From Candidatus Aenigmatarchaeota archaeon (GTDB lineage: Archaea; Aenigmatarchaeota; Aenigmatarchaeia; CG10238-14; SpSt-28), in the NCBI GenBank assembly GCA_038733315.1, contig JAVYPJ010000002.1:13943-77942 (forward strand): a DNA stretch of 64,000 nt, read 5' to 3'. Position 1 is the first letter of the stretch. Each line of letters begins with the position of its first letter. A program made the position numbers and the translations under genes. This document shows, piece by piece, positions 58,604 through 64,000 of the stretch. The notes under the pieces are model-generated. The model was not told the origin of the DNA and did no database searches. It saw only the letters and a program-made list of their open reading frames with translations.

Positions 58604-59233
58604 ATGATAGAGAAATTTAATCAAATAAAAGCAGCAATGTTATTAAGGAAGCTGGCTAACGATGAAATATCAACAGAAGAATTAGTGAGATTCAGTAAAA
58701 AAGAGGGAATAATAATTTTTGATATAATAAAATGCATGCCACTAAAAGAAACCGGTCTCGGACTTTTAATAAAGGGATTAATAGATCTTCACGGTCCAGG
58801 CGTCATAAGAACCATGAGAATGGCTTTCAAAAGCGACGGCTACAATGATGCAAAGGAAGCATTAAAGATAGTGGGCAAAGAAAAGGCCTATAAGTTAATT
58901 AATTTCTGGACTGAATTGGGATATATTGAAAAACTTATAGAGATAAAGATTGGTAAAAACGGTGACTTAAAGAATACTGAATTAAACGAAAATTTCTATA
59001 AAGAATTTGTTGAAAGTGGATATAATACGATTATAGTCAGAGTAAAAGGTTCATTTAGCTCTTCAGGGTATAAAACAGTCGCTGGAAAATCGAATTTTCC
59101 TATATGTGTTATAGAGCCCGCGTATATAGCTGGCTTTATAGAGGCTACATTTGATAGAAGATGTGATGTAGATGAAACTAAATGTGAAGCCACTGGTGAT
59201 GAGTATTGTGAATACGTGTTTACACTAATCTAA
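58604..59233 (+). CDS. V4R (4VR) domain protein
   Basis: ELGY, PIC....AYIAGFIE...C.VDETKCEATGDEYCEYVF. Confidence 0.85.
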   Translation: MIEKFNQIKAAMLLRKLANDEISTEELVRFSKKEGIIIFDIIKCMPLKETGLGLLIKGLIDLHGPGVIRTMRMAFKSDGYNDAKEALKIVGKEKAYKLINFWTELGYIEKLIEIKIGKNGDLKNTELNENFYKEFVESGYNTIIVRVKGSFSSSGYKTVAGKSNFPICVIEPAYIAGFIEATFDRRCDVDETKCEATGDEYCEYVFTLI

Positions 59234-59249
59234 TAGGAAAAATAAAAAA

Positions 59250-59585
59250 CTATTCAGATGATTTTAGTAGAGTGTAGGATAGATTTAAGAGTGATACACA
59301 GAAAACTAAATAACAAAATTCTGAAATTATCAAAGCTGGATAGAATTCTAAATAGAATGTTAAAAGTTCTGTAACTATACCAAATGAAAATATCATCGAA
59401 GATATTGATAATATTAAAAAAGATTTTTTAACATTTTTGTCTAAATACATTTTCATAGCAACATATTTTTTATTTTTTGAAAACCGTCTTAAATAAAACA
59501 ACATCATAATTAAGGTTGAAAAAACAACCACAGAATCTATGGAGATCATTAAAACCCTTGTTAGAAGCACTATACTCATTTCCAT
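59250..59585 (-). CDS. small three-TM membrane protein
   Basis: Three hydrophobic segments. Confidence 0.6.
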   Translation of the reverse strand: MEMSIVLLTRVLMISIDSVVVFSTLIMMLFYLRRFSKNKKYVAMKMYLDKNVKKSFLILSISSMIFSFGIVTELLTFYLEFYPALIISEFCYLVFCVSLLNLSYTLLKSSE

Positions 59586-59962
59586 TTTTTACCTATTTTT
59601 TCAATTCTTTTATTCCATTCGGTGATTATATATATCATACCAACACCAAAAACAATTGTTAGTACTGCAGTAATTTTTAGGAAAAAAACATTATTTAGTA
59701 AACTACCAAAAACAATGAAAATTATATTAATTAATAATATTAAAATGAGAATTGTTATTATTTTCATTTCTTCGAATGTTTTATTCTCTAGTAAACTAAA
59801 TGCTATTATAAAAAGCTCTTTTGGTTTAGATTGAACGTTTTTATATAATCTGTATGATACAAAAAATCCTATTATACTAAAAATAAGTGGAGATAAATAG
59901 AAGAAAATTATTGTAAAAAATGGATCGGTTGGGAACAGAGCAAAACTATCAGAGATACCCAT
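59576..59962 (-). CDS. small three-TM membrane protein
   Basis: Three hydrophobic segments; overlaps the neighbour. Confidence 0.6.
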   Translation of the reverse strand: MGISDSFALFPTDPFFTIIFFYLSPLIFSIIGFFVSYRLYKNVQSKPKELFIIAFSLLENKTFEEMKIITILILILLINIIFIVFGSLLNNVFFLKITAVLTIVFGVGMIYIITEWNKRIEKIGKKWK

Positions 59963-59998
59963 AAATAATAGAAAATAATCATTTATTTAGTTATTTTT

Positions 59999-60763
59999 AT
60001 GGATATAATATCAATACTTGCAGTAGCTGCAATAGTAGCGGCAGCTTTAAAATCAGCAATAAAAATAGCGAAAGAATATGAAAGGGGTGTTGTATTCAGA
60101 TTAGGAAGATTTTCTGGAATAAAAGGTCCAGGCCTATTTTTTATAATACCAATAATAGATAAAGCAGATATAATAGATTTGAGAACTAGAACCATAGACG
60201 TTCCAAAACAAAGAGTAATTACAAAAGATAACGTAAGTATAGATGTGGATGCGGTAGTATATTTCAGAGTTACAGATCCCGCTAAGGCTGTAATTCAGGT
60301 TCAAGATTATTATATAGCCACTTCTAATTTGGCACAAACTGTTTTAAGAGATGTTTTAGGGCAAGAAGAATTAGATTCTATTTTAACAAAAAGAGAGGAG
60401 CTAAATAAAAAATTACAAAATATATTAGACGAATTAACAGATCCATGGGGAGTTAAAGTGGTGGCTGTTACTATAAAAGACGTTAGCTTGCCAGAATCAA
60501 TGTTAAGGGCTATGGCAAAACAAGCAGAAGCAGAAAGAGAAAAAAGATCTAGAATTATAGTAGCAGAAGGCGAACTAATAGCTAGTCAAAAAATGGCTGA
60601 AGCGGCAAAAGAATATGAAAAACATCCAGCTGCATTAAAACTAAGAGAATTACAAACATTGGCTGAAATAGCAAGAGAAAAGAATTTGATAGTTGTAACT
60701 AGTGATAGCATTACAGGTAAAGTGGCTGCCTTAACAAAAGGTATAGAGAAAAAGAAGTCATGA
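59999..60763 (+). CDS. stomatin/SPFH (slipin) protein
   Basis: [51 protein letters not shown]. Confidence 0.95.
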   Translation: MDIISILAVAAIVAAALKSAIKIAKEYERGVVFRLGRFSGIKGPGLFFIIPIIDKADIIDLRTRTIDVPKQRVITKDNVSIDVDAVVYFRVTDPAKAVIQVQDYYIATSNLAQTVLRDVLGQEELDSILTKREELNKKLQNILDELTDPWGVKVVAVTIKDVSLPESMLRAMAKQAEAEREKRSRIIVAEGELIASQKMAEAAKEYEKHPAALKLRELQTLAEIAREKNLIVVTSDSITGKVAALTKGIEKKKS

Positions 60764-62016
60764 GAAAAATTTTAATATCGTTGCTTTGTTTTATTTTTTG
60801 CGTTATTTTTTTATCCACTAACTTATGTGAGGAAAACAAAATTTTATCTATAAAATTTTTTGGAACTATAACCTTAGGAAACTATGAACTATTAAAAGAA
60901 GCTTTAGAATACGCGGAGAAAAAAAATATTTGCTGTGTTTTAATTCTTCTTGATACATATGGCGGAACCCTAGATGCTACATTAGAAATAATAAAATTAA
61001 TAGACAGATCTAAAGTTCAAACAATTTCTTTTGTTTATCCTAAGGGCTCTACAGCTTGGTCTGCAGGAACAATGATTTTAATCTCTTCTGATATTGCTGC
61101 AATGAGTCCGAATAGTGTTATAGGTTCTATGCAACCAGTTTATGGAGACACGCCAATTAACGAATCGAAAGTAATTAACGCAATAGTAGCTTTTACAAAA
61201 GAAAGAATGAAGAAGCATGGAAGAAATGAAAGTTTGGTAGAGAAGTTTGTTACAGAGAATTTAAATCTAAACTCTGAAGAAGCTTTGAGGTTAAGAGCTA
61301 TAGATTTAATTGCTGAAGATTTGGAAGACTTATTGAATAAAATCGGAAAAAGCAATTTTGAAGTGGTAGAATATAATCCATCAATAAGAGTACACTTATT
61401 AAAACTGTTTTCAGACCCAGTTATTTCGTCAATAATACTTTTAATAGGAATATATATGTTGATATTCGGCATTTCATCTCCTGGAGTATTTAGTGAAATT
61501 ATTGGAGTGATTTTAATTGCTCTTGCTCTAATAAATCTTGGAGCGAATATAAACTATATAGCGGTTTTTCTAATAATTTTTGGCACAATTCTATTAATTT
61601 ATGAATTAGCTTCGCCAGGATTTGGTTTTTTTGGCATAGTTGGAATATTTTGCATAACTTTCGGAATATTTTTGCTACCTTCTTTTCCTAGTGAAATATA
61701 TTTCATAGAGAGAAATTTAGCTATGAAAGATATTTTTCTTAAATCTTTACCAATAGTTATTTTTATTTCTGCTTTCTTCTGTTTTGTTTTTTATAAAGTA
61801 GTTAGTTTAAGGAATAAAAGACCAGAAATTGGAGAGATGGTTGGGAAAATTGGGATTGCTATTGAAAATATTGAAAAGAATAAAATTGGGTGGATTAAAG
61901 TAGATAACGAGTTGTGGAAGGCAAAAAGTAAGGAAAAAATTAAAAAAGGTGAAAAGATAAAAATAATCAAAAAAGATAATGAGTTTTTAATAGTCGAAAA
62001 AATTAAGAAACGTTAA
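60760..62016 (+). CDS. NfeD family membrane serine protease (stomatin partner)
   Basis: [28 protein letters not shown] block, C-terminal [14 protein letters not shown]. Confidence 0.93.
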   Translation: MRKILISLLCFIFCVIFLSTNLCEENKILSIKFFGTITLGNYELLKEALEYAEKKNICCVLILLDTYGGTLDATLEIIKLIDRSKVQTISFVYPKGSTAWSAGTMILISSDIAAMSPNSVIGSMQPVYGDTPINESKVINAIVAFTKERMKKHGRNESLVEKFVTENLNLNSEEALRLRAIDLIAEDLEDLLNKIGKSNFEVVEYNPSIRVHLLKLFSDPVISSIILLIGIYMLIFGISSPGVFSEIIGVILIALALINLGANINYIAVFLIIFGTILLIYELASPGFGFFGIVGIFCITFGIFLLPSFPSEIYFIERNLAMKDIFLKSLPIVIFISAFFCFVFYKVVSLRNKRPEIGEMVGKIGIAIENIEKNKIGWIKVDNELWKAKSKEKIKKGEKIKIIKKDNEFLIVEKIKKR

Positions 62017-62203
62017 AAACTCCACAAACCTTTGAATATCCAAATATTTTTCCTACAGTTCTTAGACATATTTCTCTTGCAAAATAGAAAAAATCACTCA
62101 TTTTAAAAAAATAATTAAGAGCAATTGCGACAAAAATAATTATAGCTAGGGCAACTATAATAAATACTAAAAGGTTAACATTTATTTCTAGCGCAATTTT
62201 CAT
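62003..62203 (-). CDS. small single-TM pilin-like protein
   Basis: MKIALEINVNLLVFII..., C-terminal Cys pair; downstream of TadC-like gene. Confidence 0.55.
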   Translation of the reverse strand: MKIALEINVNLLVFIIVALAIIIFVAIALNYFFKMSDFFYFAREICLRTVGKIFGYSKVCGVFNVS

Positions 62204-62385
62204 ATCTTTATAAGATTTTCACAAACACTACTAGAAAGCCACCCGATAGTTACATTACAAATATTAACTCCAAAATTTCTTAATTCGCCACCTTTCGTTA
62301 GCGTAATTATAACATAGAAAAATATTAAAAAACCCATTATTGCAATTATAGTCCATATTATTATGCTGAGGGAAACTTCTACCAT
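62200..62385 (-). CDS. small single-TM pilin-like protein
   Basis: N-terminal hydrophobic helix, C-terminal Cys pair. Confidence 0.55.
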   Translation of the reverse strand: MVEVSLSIIIWTIIAIMGFLIFFYVIITLTKGGELRNFGVNICNVTIGWLSSSVCENLIKI

Positions 62386-62386
62386 A

Positions 62387-62575
62387 TTATTGGTTTTCCT
62401 CCTTTTTATCTATTTTAGCAGTTATGGTTTTATTGAAATTCTCTAGGAGCTTATTTAAAAACTCAGAAGAAAGTTTTGGTAAAGATTTTCCAGTAATTAA
62501 AGTAGAAGAAATAAGTATTAGTGATAATAGCAAGAAAAATAATATTACTATAAGAACATATAAAGGAATTTGCAT
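62387..62575 (-). CDS. small single-TM pilin-like protein
   Basis: MQIPLYVLIVILFF... helix. Confidence 0.5.
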   Translation of the reverse strand: MQIPLYVLIVILFFLLLSLILISSTLITGKSLPKLSSEFLNKLLENFNKTITAKIDKKEENQ

Positions 62576-62578
62576 GCT

Positions 62579-62701
62579 TTATTCGGTTGTTACCGTTATT
62601 GGAACAGATTTTAAATACATATAACCAACGAATATAAACAAAACTAAAATTATTATCGCAATAGCGACAAATATTAACATCTTTATAGTTCCTTCTTCCA
62701 T
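62579..62701 (-). CDS. small single-TM pilin-like protein (40 aa)
   Basis: Manual translation MEEGTIKMLIFVAIAIIILVLFIFVGYMYLKSVPITVTTE; fills the gap exactly. Confidence 0.5.
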   Translation of the reverse strand: MEEGTIKMLIFVAIAIIILVLFIFVGYMYLKSVPITVTTE

Positions 62702-62705
62702 AATA

Positions 62706-64000
62706 TTATATTTCTAATTCTTCTAACATTCCTTCTATAAAGCTTTGTATAAACATTAGAGATATAAAGCTAGAAAATGAAAAAATAAGAGAAGAAATTA
62801 GTATAGTCTTTGAAATAGAAGAAATTAAATATACTGGTTCAAACCCTTTTTCTAAGCCTATGATTATTAGCGAAGATAAAAGAGCTATTTCTATTACATA
62901 TATTCCCAACACAAGTATAAAAACAGAAGGATATAAAGTTAAGGGGTTTATTTCCTTTATACCGCCCATAAGAGGGAAAGATGGTAAGGGTATTGGAATT
63001 TCAGTATCAGACTCTCCAATATTAAACTTTGCACTTATGGATATTAGCAAGCTAGAAAGCATAATGGATAATGCAATTACTACACCTAATATAAAAGGAG
63101 CAAGAAAAGTGGAAATAAATTTTAAGTTTGTTGTTACATCACTAATAGTTTCTTCTATTTTATCCTGAAGCTTGTTTAGCTCCTTTAGATTTTCTGATAT
63201 TATAAGCATAGAAGTAGCTGCATATTGATATCCTTTTTTATACGATTCCACTATTATACTAAACGAATATTTTATTAGCGAAGATGGAAACTTTTTTAAA
63301 ACACCTCTTTTTTCATCAAAAATACCTTCTTTTAAGTTTCCAAAAAAATTTAGACTCTTAGAAAGTTCTAAGAAAAAGTCCTTTATTTTAAATGCTTTAT
63401 ATTTTTCCATAGCGGCATATATGCTATGCTCAAGCGTATGACCTCTTTTAAGTTCATAGCCTAACTGAAAAAGTACTTCTGGCAATTCTTTTTCAATCGC
63501 TTCCAAATTTTCTTTTAATAGAAGTTTTTTCCTAAGAAATATGTATAGTATAATAGATGGAATTGAGAAGGATAAAATTAGAAAAATACCTAATAAAGAA
63601 TTTCCCAACACATCTGTTAATCTTTCTTTACATTTGATATTTGATTCGCTTTTCTTTATAGACTTTATGCATTCTATGAAATAATTAAAGTCTTGATTTA
63701 GCATGTATGCGATAATCGAAGATATTGATAAAAAAACTATAGATGCTAAAATTATTACGTTGATTTTGGTATTAAAAATGTTTATATCGAATATATTTTT
63801 TTGTTCTAAGTATGAAGATGTTAGTGGCCTTGTTTGAAGTATGGATAGAGTAATAATTAATAGAATTGTTGGCAAAAGAAGATTATAAAATATCATTAGA
63901 AAGTCTATACTAATAAGATGTGGTATTATAAGAGAAAAAGCAAAAACCATAGTAGAAACTAATAATGGTAATATAATTCCCATAGCCAATATTAACATAG
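62706..64000 (-). CDS. type IV pilus platform protein (TadC/FlaJ/GspF-like), 3' part
   Basis: ILPLL...RP, IEKELPEVLFQLG..L..G..LE, FLAPFILGV, LVLGIYVIEI; ORF open at the window end. Confidence 0.8.
   Translation of the reverse strand, partial: MLILAMGIILPLLVSTMVFAFSLIIPHLISIDFLMIFYNLLLPTILLIITLSILQTRPLTSSYLEQKNIFDINIFNTKINVIILASIVFLSISSIIAYMLNQDFNYFIECIKSIKKSESNIKCKERLTDVLGNSLLGIFLILSFSIPSIILYIFLRKKLLLKENLEAIEKELPEVLFQLGYELKRGHTLEHSIYAAMEKYKAFKIKDFFLELSKSLNFFGNLKEGIFDEKRGVLKKFPSSLIKYSFSIIVESYKKGYQYAATSMLIISENLKELNKLQDKIEETISDVTTNLKFISTFLAPFILGVVIALSIMLSSLLISISAKFNIGESDTEIPIPLPSFPLMGGIKEINPLTLYPSVFILVLGIYVIEIALLSSLIIIGLEKGFEPVYLISSISKTILISSLIFSFSSFISLMFIQSFIEGMLEELEI

Overview
AT-rich, gene-dense archaeal chromosome segment, most likely DPANN (Aenigmarchaeota-like is my inference). 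The assignment rests on a fused PriS-PriL primase, an epsilon2-type three-unit tRNA splicing endonuclease, stand-alone rpl2/rpl4 and very short intergenic gaps. The window encodes translation and transcription genes (GluRS, class II LysRS, ValRS, GlyRS, several r-proteins, aIF2a, aEF1b, Rpo7, Spt4) and three tRNAs (Thr-CGT, Arg-CCT, intron-containing Tyr-GTA). It also holds two tandem C/D-box-like sRNAs, nucleotide and repair enzymes, two KaiC-like ATPases, and many surface proteins: a 1924-aa adhesin, a 1612-aa subtilase, a DUF2341 pilin-adhesin, pilins, a TadC-like locus and a putative filament operon. The most striking element is the ~1.15 kb non-coding region at 56.27-57.42 kb. It contains two different repeat families, an 18-bp perfect inverted repeat, an AT-rich core and helically phased A/T tracts. 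It lies directly behind two HTH genes, one of which has an N-terminal amphipathic helix and carries the repeat motif inside its own coding sequence. This is a candidate undescribed origin/centromere and DNA-membrane tethering system. All calls come from reading the sequence; no searches were run.
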